Source: an uncultured Actinomycetes bacterium (GTDB taxonomy: Bacteria; Actinomycetota; Thermoleophilia; Gaiellales; JALYLC01). Taken from it: DNA of 64,000 nucleotides. Shown here piece after piece: positions 9,032 to 18,495 of this stretch. Position numbers and translations under genes: made by a program. A model generated the notes under the pieces. The model did not search any database. It saw nothing but the letters and a program-made list of their open reading frames with translations, and was not told the origin of the DNA. Position 1 is the first letter of the stretch. Every line of letters starts with the position of its first letter. Location of the stretch: NCBI GenBank assembly GCA_963743275.1, contig CAVUPB010000008.1, positions 330,794-394,793 on the forward strand. The letters are read 5' to 3'.

Positions 9032-10120
9032 ATGCACACCGGCTACTGGCATCTCGAGGTCCTCTGGTTCGCGCTGATCGCGATCCTCTGGATCGGCTAC
9101 TTCGTGCTCGAGGGCTTCGACTTCGGCGTCGGGATCCTGTTGCCGTTCCTGGCCAGGGACGATGCCGACAAGCGGGTCATGATCAACACGATCGGCCCGG
9201 TCTGGGACGGCAACGAGGTCTGGCTCCTGACCGCCGGCGGCGCCACGTTCGCCGCCTTCCCCGGCTGGTACGCGACGCTGTTCTCGGGCTTCTATCTCGC
9301 GCTCTTCCTCATCCTCGTCGCGCTGATCGTGCGAGGCGTCGCCTTCGAGTACCGCGGCAAGCACGACTCGCCGCGCTGGCGCGCATGGTGGGACCGCGCG
9401 ATCTTCGCCGGCTCGGCTCTGCCCGCCCTGCTCTGGGGCGTCGCGTTCGCCAATTTCATCCAGGGCGTCCCGATCGACAAGAAGGGCGAGTTCACCGGCA
9501 CGCTCCTGACGCTGCTCAATCCCTATGCGCTCGTCGGCGGCCTCACCTCGCTCGCCGTCTTCACGCTGCACGGCTCCATCTACCTCTCGCTCAAGACGAA
9601 GGGCGACGTGCTCGCCCGCGCCCAGGCCGTGGCGCGCCGGCTCTCGCTCGTCACCGCGGTGCTCGTCTTCGGGTTCCTGCTCTGGACGTACCTGAACGCG
9701 GTCGACGCCAACGAGAGCGGAATCGTCCCGGGCGGCATCCCGCTGTCGGCGCTCGGACTCATGATCGCGGTGCCGTTCCTCGTGCGCGCCGGGCGCGATG
9801 GGCTCGCGTTCACCGCGACGGCGTTCTCGATTGCGCTCGTGACGCTGACGATCTTCCTGAACCTCTACCCGCGCGTGCTCGTGTCGTCGACCGACAAGGC
9901 CTACAGCCTCACGATCTGGTCGACGAGCTCGACGCACTACACGCTCGTCGTGATGACGATCGTGGCGCTTGCGCTGACGCCAGTCGTGCTCCTGTACCAG
10001 GGCTGGACGTACTACGTCTTCCGCCACCGCATCGGCCGCGACGACCTCGCGCCGCTCAAGAGCCCGATCGACCTGCTCGCCGGCCACGGCAAGCAGCCGC
10101 ACCCGACGGCCGGCGACTGA
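9032..10120 (+). CDS. cydB: Cytochrome bd ubiquinol oxidase subunit II
   Basis: Track ORF of 362 aa: ..LWIGYFVLEGFDFGVGILLPF..IGPVWDGNEVWLLTAGGATFAAFP. Confidence 0.95.
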   Translation: MHTGYWHLEVLWFALIAILWIGYFVLEGFDFGVGILLPFLARDDADKRVMINTIGPVWDGNEVWLLTAGGATFAAFPGWYATLFSGFYLALFLILVALIVRGVAFEYRGKHDSPRWRAWWDRAIFAGSALPALLWGVAFANFIQGVPIDKKGEFTGTLLTLLNPYALVGGLTSLAVFTLHGSIYLSLKTKGDVLARAQAVARRLSLVTAVLVFGFLLWTYLNAVDANESGIVPGGIPLSALGLMIAVPFLVRAGRDGLAFTATAFSIALVTLTIFLNLYPRVLVSSTDKAYSLTIWSTSSTHYTLVVMTIVALALTPVVLLYQGWTYYVFRHRIGRDDLAPLKSPIDLLAGHGKQPHPTAGD

Positions 10121-10129
10121 CCCGCGGCG

Positions 10130-11808
10130 ATGCGGCCCGTCGACCGGCGACTGCTGCGCGCCTCGCCCGCGGCGCGGCGATTCCTGCGTCGCGTGCGTCC
10201 CGCTGGGTGTCGCGACCGCGATCGCGATCGTGGCCCAGGCGACGCTGCTCGGGCGGATCGTCGACGACCTGTTCCTCGGGCACCGCGACCTCGCCGCCGT
10301 CACCCCTGCGCTCGCGCTGCTTGCGGCGCTCGCGGTCGCCCGCGGCCTGCTCGCGTGGGCGTTCGAGGCGGCCGGCCACCTGACCGCGAGCGCGACGGCG
10401 CCGTGCGTTGCGCCGGCGGCTCGTGCGCCACGTGCTCGTCGATCGCCCCGGCGATCCCGCGACGGCGAGCGGCGACGTCGCGACCGCCGCCGTCGGCGGC
10501 ATCGACGCGCTCGACCCCTACTTCTCGCGCTATCTGCCCCAGCTCGTGCTCGGCGGCGTCGTGCCGATCGTCATCCTCGTGCGCGTCGGGACGCTCGACC
10601 TCCTGTCCGCGGTCGTCATGGCCGCGACGGTGCCGCTGATCCCGGTCTTCGGGATCCTCGTCGGGCGGGCGACCGAGGATCGGGCCCGCGCCCGCTATGC
10701 CGCACTCGCGCGTCTCTCGAGCCATTTCCTCGACGTCGTGCGCGGCCTGACGACGCTGCGCGCGTTCAACCGCAGCGCGCTCCAGGCCGAGCGGCTCGCG
10801 GAGAGCGGTGAGCGCTACCGCCGCGAGACGATGGGCACGCTCCGGATCGCGTTCCTCTCGGCGCTCGTGCTCGAGCTCGCCGCCACGCTCGGCACGGCGA
10901 TCGTGGCCGTCGAGATCGGCATCCGCCTCGATCACGGCGGCATCGGACTCGCGCCCGCGCTGACGATCCTCGTGCTCGCCCCGGAGCTGTACGCGCCTCT
11001 GCGGAGCGCCGCCGCGCAGTTCCACGCCAGCGCCGACGGCATCGCCGCGGCTGCGCACATCCTCGACCCGCTCGAGCGCTCGGCAGCGCTCGCGCCGGCG
11101 GGGAGTGGCGCGCCGCTCGATCCACGCGACGTCCCCGTGCGGCTCGAGCGCGTGTCGTTCGCCTATCCGGGGCGCGAAGGTCGCGTTCTCGACGACGCAT
11201 CGCTCGCCATTGCGCCCGGGGAACGTGTCGCGCTCGTGGGCCCGAGCGGCGCGGGCAAGAGCACGATCGCGCGCCTGCTGCTGCGCTTCGACGAGCCCGC
11301 CGCGGGGCGCCTGCTCGCCGGTGGCACCGACCTCTGCGACGCGGATCCCGACGCCTGGCGGCGCCGCCTCGCATGGATGCCGCAGCGGCCGCACCTGGCT
11401 GCAGGCACGATCGGTGACGCGATCCGCCTCGGCGCCCCCGCTGCGCCCATCGCGGCCGTGGCCGATGCCGCGCGGCGCGCGGGCGCCGAGGCCTTCATCG
11501 CGGCCCTGCCCGACGGCTACGCCACGTGCGTCGGCGATGGCGGCGACGGCCTCTCGGCCGGCCAGATCCGCCGCATCGCGCTCGCGCGCGCACTGCTGCG
11601 GGACGCCTCGCTGCTGCTGCTCGACGAGCCGACGACGAACCTCGATCCGGAGAGCGCGGAGGTCGTGGCGCGGTCGCTCGAACAGCTGCCGCGCACGGCG
11701 TCGATGCTCCTGATCACGCACGACGAGGCCCTCGCGCGGCGCGTCGGCGACCGCATCGTCCGCATTTCCGGTGGCAGGATCGTCACGGGCGCGGAGGCGC
11801 GCGTGTGA
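10130..11808 (+). pseudogene. cydD: Thiol reductant ABC exporter CydD, two frame breaks in the first ~95 codons
   Basis: N-terminus MRPVDRRLLRASPAARRFL (ORF 10130), then ..ACVPLGVATAIAIVAQATLLGRIVDD..AAGHLTASATA (ORF 10230 frame), then ..RRRLVRHVLVDRPG... through Walker A GPSGAGKST and the signature LSAGQ (ORF 10408..11808). The breaks are near 10187 and 10384-10410. Confidence 0.85.
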
Positions 11809-13480
11809 TCGCAGACCGTCATCCGCTCGTGCGCGTGTCGCGGCTCGCCCAGCAGCATGCGGGCCGCCTCGCGCTCGGCATCGCCCTCGGCTCGCTCGCC
11901 ATCGCGGCCGGCATCGGCCTGATGGCGACTTCGGGATACCTCATCTCGCGCGCCGCGCAGCGCCCTCCCATCCTCGAGCTCGGCGTCGCGATCGTCGGCG
12001 TGCGCTTCTTCGGCGTCTCGCGCGGCGTCCTGCGCTATCTCGAGCGTCTGGCGTCGCACGATGCGGCGCTGCGCGCGCTCGCGACGGTGCGCGCGCGCCT
12101 CTTCGCGCGGCTCGAGCCGCTCGTGCCCGGCGGTCTGCCGGGTCTGCGCACAGGCGACCTCCTCGGTCGCTTCGTCGCCGACGTCGACGCGCTCCAGGGT
12201 CTCTACCTGCGGGCCATCGCGCCGGCGGCGGTTGCGCTGCTCGCCGGCTCGATCGCGGTCACCGTGGCCGCCATCGCGCTTCCCGCGGCCGGCCTCGTGC
12301 TGGCAGGCTTCCTGCTGCTCGCAGGCGTGGCGGTCCCGCTCGCGGGCGTCGCCGTCACCCACGCGGCCGTACGCCGCGAGGCGCCGGCCCGCGCCGAGCT
12401 CACCGCCGAGCTCCTGGATGCGCTCGCGGCCGCGCCCGAGCTCGTCGCCTACGGCGCGGCCGGCGACGCTGCCGCGCGCCTGGAGGCGGCCGATCGGTCG
12501 CTCGGCCCGCGCCCGCCGGCGCACGGCGCTCGTCGCCGCTGTCAGCGAGGCCACCGTGACCGCGCTCGCCATGCTCGCCGCCGTCGCCGTTCTCGTGGTC
12601 GCGGCGCCGGCCGTCCACTCGGGCGCTCTCGCGGGCGTCGAGCTCGGCATGCTCGCCCTGCTCGTCGCTCGCCGCGTTCGAGGCCGTGCGGCCGCTGCCG
12701 GCCGCGGCCGAGCAGCTGATCGCGGGAGCCAGCGTGTCGCGGCGCATTCTCGAGCTCACCGACCGCGACGCACCGGTGCAGGATCCCGCCCGCCCCCGCC
12801 CGCTCGCCGGTCCCGGCCATCTCGAGCTCCGCGGCGTTGCGATGCGCTATTCGCCGGGCGCGCCGCGGGTGCTCGACGGCGCCGACCTGGACATTCCGGC
12901 GGGAGCGATCGTCGCGCTGGTGGGCCCGAGCGGCGCGGGCAAGACGACGATCGCAAGCCTGCTCGTGCGCTTCCGCGATCCCGACGAGGGGGCAGTCCTC
13001 CTCGACGGGCACGACCTGCGCGAGTACGCGCAGGCCGACGTGCGCCGCGTGGTCGGGCTCGCCGGCCAGGAGGCGCACCTCTTCCCGACGTCGATCCGCG
13101 AGAACCTGCGTATCGCGCGTCCGGCGGCCGGCGATGCCGAGCTCATCGACGCCCTGCAGCGCGCGCGTGCCTGGAGCTGGGTCTCCTCGCTCCCCGAGGG
13201 TCTCGACACGGAGGTCGGCGAGGAGGGCGCCCGCGTCTCGGGCGGCGAGCGTCAGCGTCTCGCGCTGGCGCGCGCGCTGCTCGCCGATGTCCGCCTGCTC
13301 GTCGTCGACGAGCTCGACGCCCACCTCGACGACGATACGGCCGAGGCGCTCGTCCGCGATCTGCTCGGCGCCGCCCGGCTGGCCGGCCTCGGCGTCCTCC
13401 TCATCACCCACCGCCCGATCGCCCCCGAGCTGATCGACCACATCGCCGTCGTCCGCGATGGGCGGATCAGCCCGGGGTAG
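11805..13480 (+). pseudogene. cydC: Thiol reductant ABC exporter CydC, two frame breaks
   Basis: GTG 11805 overlaps the cydD stop. VIADRHPLVRVSRLAQQ...LEAADRSL (ORF 11526 frame), then ARARRRTALVAAVSEATVT..GMLALLV (ORF 12061 frame), then LAAFEAVRPLPAAAEQL..GPSGAGKTT..VSGGERQR (ORF 12686..13480). The breaks are near 12498-12510 and 12664-12672. Confidence 0.85.
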
Positions 13481-13490
13481 TCCTCGCGGT

Positions 13491-15623
13491 TCAGGCGTGC
13501 CCGTGCCCGAAGGAGATGGCGGGCAGCAGCCGGCCGAGCGGCCGCGGCAGCCACCAGGCCCAGGGGCCGAGCAGCCGCAGCGCGACCGGGATCAGCACCA
13601 GGCGTACGAGCAGCGCGTCGAGCGCGACGGCGACGCCGAGGATGATGCCCATCTCCTTGGGCGGCAGCGGCCCCGAGATCGCGAACGTGAAGAAGACCGC
13701 GACCATCACGACCGCGGCGGCCAGGATCACCCGGCCGGAGTGCGCGACTCCGCCGATCATCGCGTCGCGCGCGTCGCCGCCCGAGTGCTCGAGGTGCTCC
13801 TTGGCGGAGGCCAGCAGGAAGACGGTGTAGTCCATCGAGATCGCGAAGATCATCGCGAAGAAGAACACCGGACCCCAGGCGTCGAGGAAGCCCTGCGACT
13901 CGAAGCCGAGCAGCGAGGTCAGGTGGCCGTCCTGGAAGATGAGCCGGGCCACTCCGAAGGCCGCGCCGGTCGCGAGCAGGTTGGTGAGCACGCCGACGAG
14001 CGCGATCACGGGAGCCTGGAGCGCGACGAGAAGCAGCAGGAAGCCGAGTGCGAGCACGACGCCGATCACGAGCGGGGTCGCGTTCGCCAGTTGCGTCTCG
14101 AGGTCGTGGTTCTCGGCGGCGGCGCCGCCGACGAGTGCGTCCGCGGGAAGCGTCGTGCGCAGGCGGTCGATCGTGCGGCCGACCGCGGGGTCCGACGGGT
14201 TCTGCCGCGGAATCGCCTGCACGAGCGCGAACCGCCCGTTGGCCGACGTCTGCGCCGGCATGACGGCGGCGATGCCCGGATCGGCCTTCGCGACCGCGCT
14301 CAGCGACGCCGCGTCCGCGCTGGGCGCCACGAGCTGGAGCGCACCGGGAGCGCCGGCTCCGAACGCGGCCTGCACCTGGGTGTAGCCGATGCGCGAGCTG
14401 TCGCCTGCGGGGACGACCTTGATCGACGGCATGCCGGTCTTGAGGCCCGCGACGGGTGCGGCGAGCGCGAGCAGCAGGATGAGCGCGGGCACGCCGTAGC
14501 GCAGCGGCCGCGCCCAGATGCGCTCGGCCCAGCGCGCGAAGAACGGCGAGCGGTGCTCGCCCGAGTGCGCCCACGGCAGGGCCAGATTGTCGACCTTCGG
14601 CCCCAGTGCGCCGAGCACCGCCGGCAGCAGCGTGAGCGTCGCGGCGAGGATGAACGCGACCGCCACCATGATGCCGAGTGCCATCGAGCGGAAGGCCGGG
14701 CTCGGCACGAGCATCACGGCCGAGAGCGAGATCAGTACCGTCACCCCCGAGAAGAGCACGGCCTTGCCGGCGGTGTCCATCGCGAGGCCCGCGGCTTCGG
14801 CCGGAGGCATCCCGCGCGCGAACATGCTCGCTCGATAGCGCACGACGATGAAGAGCGCGTAGTCGATGCCGAGAGCGAGCGCGAACATGAGCGCGAAGTT
14901 CATCGACCAGATCGAGATGTCGGCTGCGAGCGTGCCGAGGTAGAGCACGCCGGCCGAGGCGATCAGCCCGATGATCGTGAGCATCAGCGGGAGGCTGGCC
15001 GCGACGAGCGAGCCGAACGCGATCAGGAGGATCGCGAGGGTCACGGGCCAGGAGAACAGCTCCGACTTCATCATCGCCGAGCGGTTCGCGGCGTTGAAGT
15101 CGGACCACATGCCGGACGCGCCGGTGAGGTTGACCGAGACGTTCGCCGTGCCGAGATCGCGCAGCGGCCCCTTCAGCCGGTCGGCCGCGAGCACCATCTG
15201 CTTCGGGCTGCGCGCGGCGCCCGCCGTGACGATCGCGGTATGCCCGTCCCGGCTGATCGAGACGCCGGGCGACGGCGGCGTGACGCTCGCGACCGCCGGA
15301 TCGGCCTTGACGAGCGCGGCGGCCTTCGCGGCGACGGCGGCGAAGGCCGGGTCGCCGGAGCGCAGCGAGGACGAGTGCAGGACGATCATGAGGCCGGTCG
15401 ACGCGTTGCCTGCGAACTGCTTCTGGATGAGCGAGCGGGCGGCGACGGAATCCGAGCCCGTCGCCTCCCAGCCGGCGCCCGAGAGCGCCGTCTCGACGCG
15501 GGGCGCGAGGAAGCCGAGGCCCACCGCGACGACGATCCACGCGATCGCGACGGCGCGCGCGTGCGATGCGGAATAGCGGCCGAGCCGCCCGATGGGGCCC
15601 AGCTGAATGCTCTCGGCGCTCAT
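13491..15623 (-). CDS. MMPL family RND-type transporter
   Basis: ATG at 15623, 710 aa, two 6-TM bundles with ..ALGIDYALFIV.. and ..AISMDYTVFLL.. MMPL signatures. Confidence 0.9.
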   Translation of the reverse strand: MSAESIQLGPIGRLGRYSASHARAVAIAWIVVAVGLGFLAPRVETALSGAGWEATGSDSVAARSLIQKQFAGNASTGLMIVLHSSSLRSGDPAFAAVAAKAAALVKADPAVASVTPPSPGVSISRDGHTAIVTAGAARSPKQMVLAADRLKGPLRDLGTANVSVNLTGASGMWSDFNAANRSAMMKSELFSWPVTLAILLIAFGSLVAASLPLMLTIIGLIASAGVLYLGTLAADISIWSMNFALMFALALGIDYALFIVVRYRASMFARGMPPAEAAGLAMDTAGKAVLFSGVTVLISLSAVMLVPSPAFRSMALGIMVAVAFILAATLTLLPAVLGALGPKVDNLALPWAHSGEHRSPFFARWAERIWARPLRYGVPALILLLALAAPVAGLKTGMPSIKVVPAGDSSRIGYTQVQAAFGAGAPGALQLVAPSADAASLSAVAKADPGIAAVMPAQTSANGRFALVQAIPRQNPSDPAVGRTIDRLRTTLPADALVGGAAAENHDLETQLANATPLVIGVVLALGFLLLLVALQAPVIALVGVLTNLLATGAAFGVARLIFQDGHLTSLLGFESQGFLDAWGPVFFFAMIFAISMDYTVFLLASAKEHLEHSGGDARDAMIGGVAHSGRVILAAAVVMVAVFFTFAISGPLPPKEMGIILGVAVALDALLVRLVLIPVALRLLGPWAWWLPRPLGRLLPAISFGHGHA

Positions 15624-15874
15624 CGCGCGCTCCCGCTCTCGAGGTGGAACAGCCTGCGCAGGACGAGCGACGCGACGCAGTCGCCGAACGCGACGAACGC
15701 GAGCTGGTTCACGCCCACGAACGCGCTCAGGAGCAGCCACCAGGGGCTGACGGCCGCGGCGAGCACGACCGAGACGAGGATCATCGTGCCGGCCATGGCG
15801 AAGAGGACGCGCTCGAGCGGCCAGGCCGTCGCGGCGGGCTGCCGTGCGGGGCGCGCTGTCGTATGGGCGCTCAT
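15620..15874 (-). CDS. DUF2892 (YgaP-like) small membrane protein
   Basis: 84 aa: ..WPLERVLFAMAGTMILVSVVLAAAVSPWWLLLSAFVGVNQLAFVAFGDC. A GGAG RBS is present, and the stop overlaps the MMPL ATG (ATGA). Confidence 0.6.
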   Translation of the reverse strand: MSAHTTARPARQPAATAWPLERVLFAMAGTMILVSVVLAAAVSPWWLLLSAFVGVNQLAFVAFGDCVASLVLRRLFHLESGSAR

Positions 15875-16039
15875 TGTGGGATCTCCGATCGAGTAGGGGC
15901 TGGTGGGTAACGGAAGCTCGCGCCCGCGCGCAGCCCGCGGACGCCCGCAAGGCCAGTGCCTGCCGAGCATCGCGGGAGAGGGCGCCGAGGGCATCGGCGG
16001 CAGCACGGTTCGTGGCTGCACGGAACTACGTAGTCGCGG

Positions 16040-16438
16040 TCAGGTGCCATTGCGGTCTCCCGAAGCGGCAGGAGCCGCGCTGAGCCCGGAGGGCGCCGCG
16101 AGGATCTGGCCGAGCTCGGCGAACTGGCCCTGGAGGTCGCCGCAGACGATGTCGCAGAGCAGGAAGATCGAGTCGTCGGCGATCGAGTAGACGACGCTGT
16201 TGCCGCTCTTGCGGCGACCCACCACGCCTGCCCGGTGGAGTGCGGCGAGGTGCTTGGAGATGTTCTGCTGCGACGCCTCGAGCGCCTCGGCGAGCTCGCC
16301 GACACTGGCGTCGCCGGCGCGCAGCCGGTCGAGCAGGCGGATGCGCATCGGCTCTCCGATGAGGCGAAAGCGCTCTGCGACGAGGTCGACGAGCGCTGTG
16401 GGCGGTGTCTGGGGCATCGGCATCAGGACCTCTGCCAT
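16040..16438 (-). CDS. ArsR/SmtB family transcriptional regulator
   Basis: ..ERFRLIGEPMRIRLLDRLRAGDASVGELAEALEASQQNISKHLAALHRAGVV is a winged HTH. The only cysteines form a CDIVC pair in the C-terminal helix. Confidence 0.85.
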   Translation of the reverse strand: MAEVLMPMPQTPPTALVDLVAERFRLIGEPMRIRLLDRLRAGDASVGELAEALEASQQNISKHLAALHRAGVVGRRKSGNSVVYSIADDSIFLLCDIVCGDLQGQFAELGQILAAPSGLSAAPAASGDRNGT

Positions 16439-16458
16439 GGAATATACTATAAAAGCAC

Positions 16459-16487
16459 GTAGTTGTATAGTTTGTCTTGCCAACTAC
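16459..16487. promoter_or_regulatory. Inverted repeat in the AT-rich ArsR/thioredoxin divergent promoter region
   Basis: GTAGTTG (16459-16465) and CAACTAC (16481-16487), inside the only strongly AT-rich stretch (16441-16490) between the divergent genes. ACTATA/TATAGT half-sites are also present. Confidence 0.3.
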
Positions 16488-16502
16488 ACCAGGAGCTCCG
16501 AG

Positions 16503-16844
16503 ATGCAGCCCGTCACCATCACCGCCGACCGCTTCGAGCCGGACGTCCTCGACTCGGAGATCCCGGTCCTCATCGACTTCTGGGCCCCGTGGTGCGCCCC
16601 GTGTCGTGCGGTCGCGCCCGTGCTCGATCAGATTGCCGCCGAGTACGACGGCCGCCTCACGGTCGCGAAGGTCAACATCGACGAGGTGCCGAGCATCGCG
16701 CAGGCCTTCAACGTCCAGTCGATCCCGACGATCGTCGTCGTGCACGGCCGCAAGGTCGTCGCAGCGACGATGGGTGCCATGCCCCGCGACGCCCTCGTGC
16801 GGACGCTCGGGCTCGATCTCCTCGTCGCGCCCGCCGGTGCCTGA
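16503..16844 (+). CDS. Thioredoxin (active site WCAPC)
   Basis: AGGAG RBS. MQPVTITADRFEPDVLDSEIPVLIDFWAPWCAPCRAVAPVLD..KVNIDE..IPT. Confidence 0.9.
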   Translation: MQPVTITADRFEPDVLDSEIPVLIDFWAPWCAPCRAVAPVLDQIAAEYDGRLTVAKVNIDEVPSIAQAFNVQSIPTIVVVHGRKVVAATMGAMPRDALVRTLGLDLLVAPAGA

Positions 16845-16845
16845 C

Positions 16846-17238
16846 ATGGAGACGTCTGCCTACGCCATCACGTGCTCGCTCGACGCGCCGTTCGACGAGG
16901 CCGTCGAGCGCGTGACGGCCGCCCTCGCACAGGAGGGCTTCGGGATCGTGTCGACGATCGACGTCCAGGCGACCATGCAGAAGAAGCTCGGCGTCGTGAT
17001 CGAGCCGCACGTCATCCTCGGCGCCTGCAATCCCGAGCTCGCCCGGCGCGGACTGGCGATCGAGCCCGATCTCGGGGTGCTCCTGCCGTGCAACGTCGTC
17101 GTCCGCCAGACTGGCGAGCAGATTGCGATCGCTGCGATGGAGCCGGTCGCCGCAATGGCGATCGCATCCAACCCGGCTCTCGAGCCGCTCGCGCTCGAGG
17201 CGCGCGAACGCATCGAGCGCGCCGTCGCGAGTCTCTGA
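16846..17238 (+). CDS. DUF302 domain protein
   Basis: 130 aa: ..FDEAVERVTAALAQEGFGIVSTIDVQATMQKKLG..ILGACNP..LPCNVVV. It starts 2 nt after the thioredoxin stop. Confidence 0.75.
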   Translation: METSAYAITCSLDAPFDEAVERVTAALAQEGFGIVSTIDVQATMQKKLGVVIEPHVILGACNPELARRGLAIEPDLGVLLPCNVVVRQTGEQIAIAAMEPVAAMAIASNPALEPLALEARERIERAVASL

Positions 17239-17343
17239 GGCCTCGGCGGCCCGCCGCACGGCTCGTGCTCCGTCCCGGAGGTCACGTGATCTCCGGGACG
17301 GAGCACTAGGCTGCCGGGACGCTCTGCGAGGCCGGAGGTGAAG

Positions 17344-18486
17344 GTGAGCGCGCGATCGGTGCGGCGGAGGGCGATCCTGTGCGCAGCGGTGTTGACAGTC
17401 GTCGCCGCGAGCTCCTCGCAGGCCGCGCCCGCGAACCCCGGCGCGACCTGGCAGAAGGTCTCCCCGGCAAGCGTGGGCCTCGACCCGGTGAAGCTCGGGC
17501 AGATCGCCGCGCAGGCCCGGAGGGGCCGGTCGAACTGCCTGGTCGTCGTGCGCGACGGCAAGCTCGCGGGCGAGTGGTACTTCCACGGCACCGGGCCCAC
17601 GACGGCGCAGGACGTGTTCTCGGCGACGAAGTCGTTCGCGAGCACGCTCGTCGGCATCGCCCAGGACGAGGGCGACCTCCGCATCTCCGACCGCGCCTCG
17701 CGCTGGATCCCGCAGTGGAAGGGCACGAAGTCCGAGGCGGTCACGCTGCGGCAGCTGCTGAGCATGGACTCGGGCCGTGCCTGGGACGTCGTCACCGACT
17801 ACCTGCGGCTGCTCGGCGCGCGCGACCGCACCTCGTTCGCGATCGGCCTCGGCCAGGCGGCGGCGCCCGGGACGGTCTGGGCCTACAACAACTCGGCGGT
17901 GCAGACGCTCGACCGCGTGCTTGCGAATGCGACCCGCACGGACGTCGCGGAGTTCGCAGACCGGCACATCTTCGCGCCGCTCGGCATGACGCACACGGCG
18001 ATGGCGACCGACGGGGCGGGCAACGCGCAGCTCTTCGAGGGCATCCACTCGACCTGCCGGGACATGGCGCGGTTCGGGGTGCTGATGCTGAACCACGGGC
18101 GCTGGGGCGGCCGGCAGATCGTGTCGCGGAGCTTCGTCGACGCGGCCACCGGGCGCCCGTCGTCACCGCTCAACGCCGCCTACGGCTATCTCTGGTGGCT
18201 CAACCGCGAGGGCGTGATCGCGAGCGTCACCGCGGCGACCAGCATCGGCGCCGTGCAGCAGGGCGACGTCGAGCGGGGCCGGATGGTGCCCGGGGCGCCG
18301 CCGTCGATGTACTGGGCGCTCGGTCTCGGCAACCAGCTCATCCAGATCGACCCGGGCTCGAGGACCGTCGTCGTGCGGCTCGGCTCGGCCGCGGCGATCC
18401 CGTTGCCGCCCACGTTCGGGCCCGCCGAGGCGAGCCGGGTCGTGACCGAGGCCGTCGTCGCGAAGCAGGCGGCGGCCCTGCCGTAA
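17344..18486 (+). CDS. Secreted serine hydrolase (beta-lactamase-related family)
   Basis: SxxK motif (FSATKSF). The N-terminal signal is SVRRRAILCAAVLTVVAASSSQA, possibly Tat. GTG 17344 lies 5 nt after GGAGG; the track start 17338 overlaps the SD. Confidence 0.8.
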   Translation: MSARSVRRRAILCAAVLTVVAASSSQAAPANPGATWQKVSPASVGLDPVKLGQIAAQARRGRSNCLVVVRDGKLAGEWYFHGTGPTTAQDVFSATKSFASTLVGIAQDEGDLRISDRASRWIPQWKGTKSEAVTLRQLLSMDSGRAWDVVTDYLRLLGARDRTSFAIGLGQAAAPGTVWAYNNSAVQTLDRVLANATRTDVAEFADRHIFAPLGMTHTAMATDGAGNAQLFEGIHSTCRDMARFGVLMLNHGRWGGRQIVSRSFVDAATGRPSSPLNAAYGYLWWLNREGVIASVTAATSIGAVQQGDVERGRMVPGAPPSMYWALGLGNQLIQIDPGSRTVVVRLGSAAAIPLPPTFGPAEASRVVTEAVVAKQAAALP

Positions 18487-18495
18487 GCTCGGCGC

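Noticed and set aside
7165-10383. 1,072-aa plus-strand ORF and 966-aa minus-strand ORF (7403..10303) across cydAB
   Set aside because: Both are alternative-frame or antisense shadows of cydA/cydB, whose own frames give textbook sequences. The shadow translations are Arg-rich nonsense.
13458-15896. 812-aa plus-strand ORF, and the similar 1,081-aa ORF at 51200..54445
   Set aside because: They are antisense to the two MMPL transporter genes, with low-complexity Arg/Asp/Glu-rich translations.
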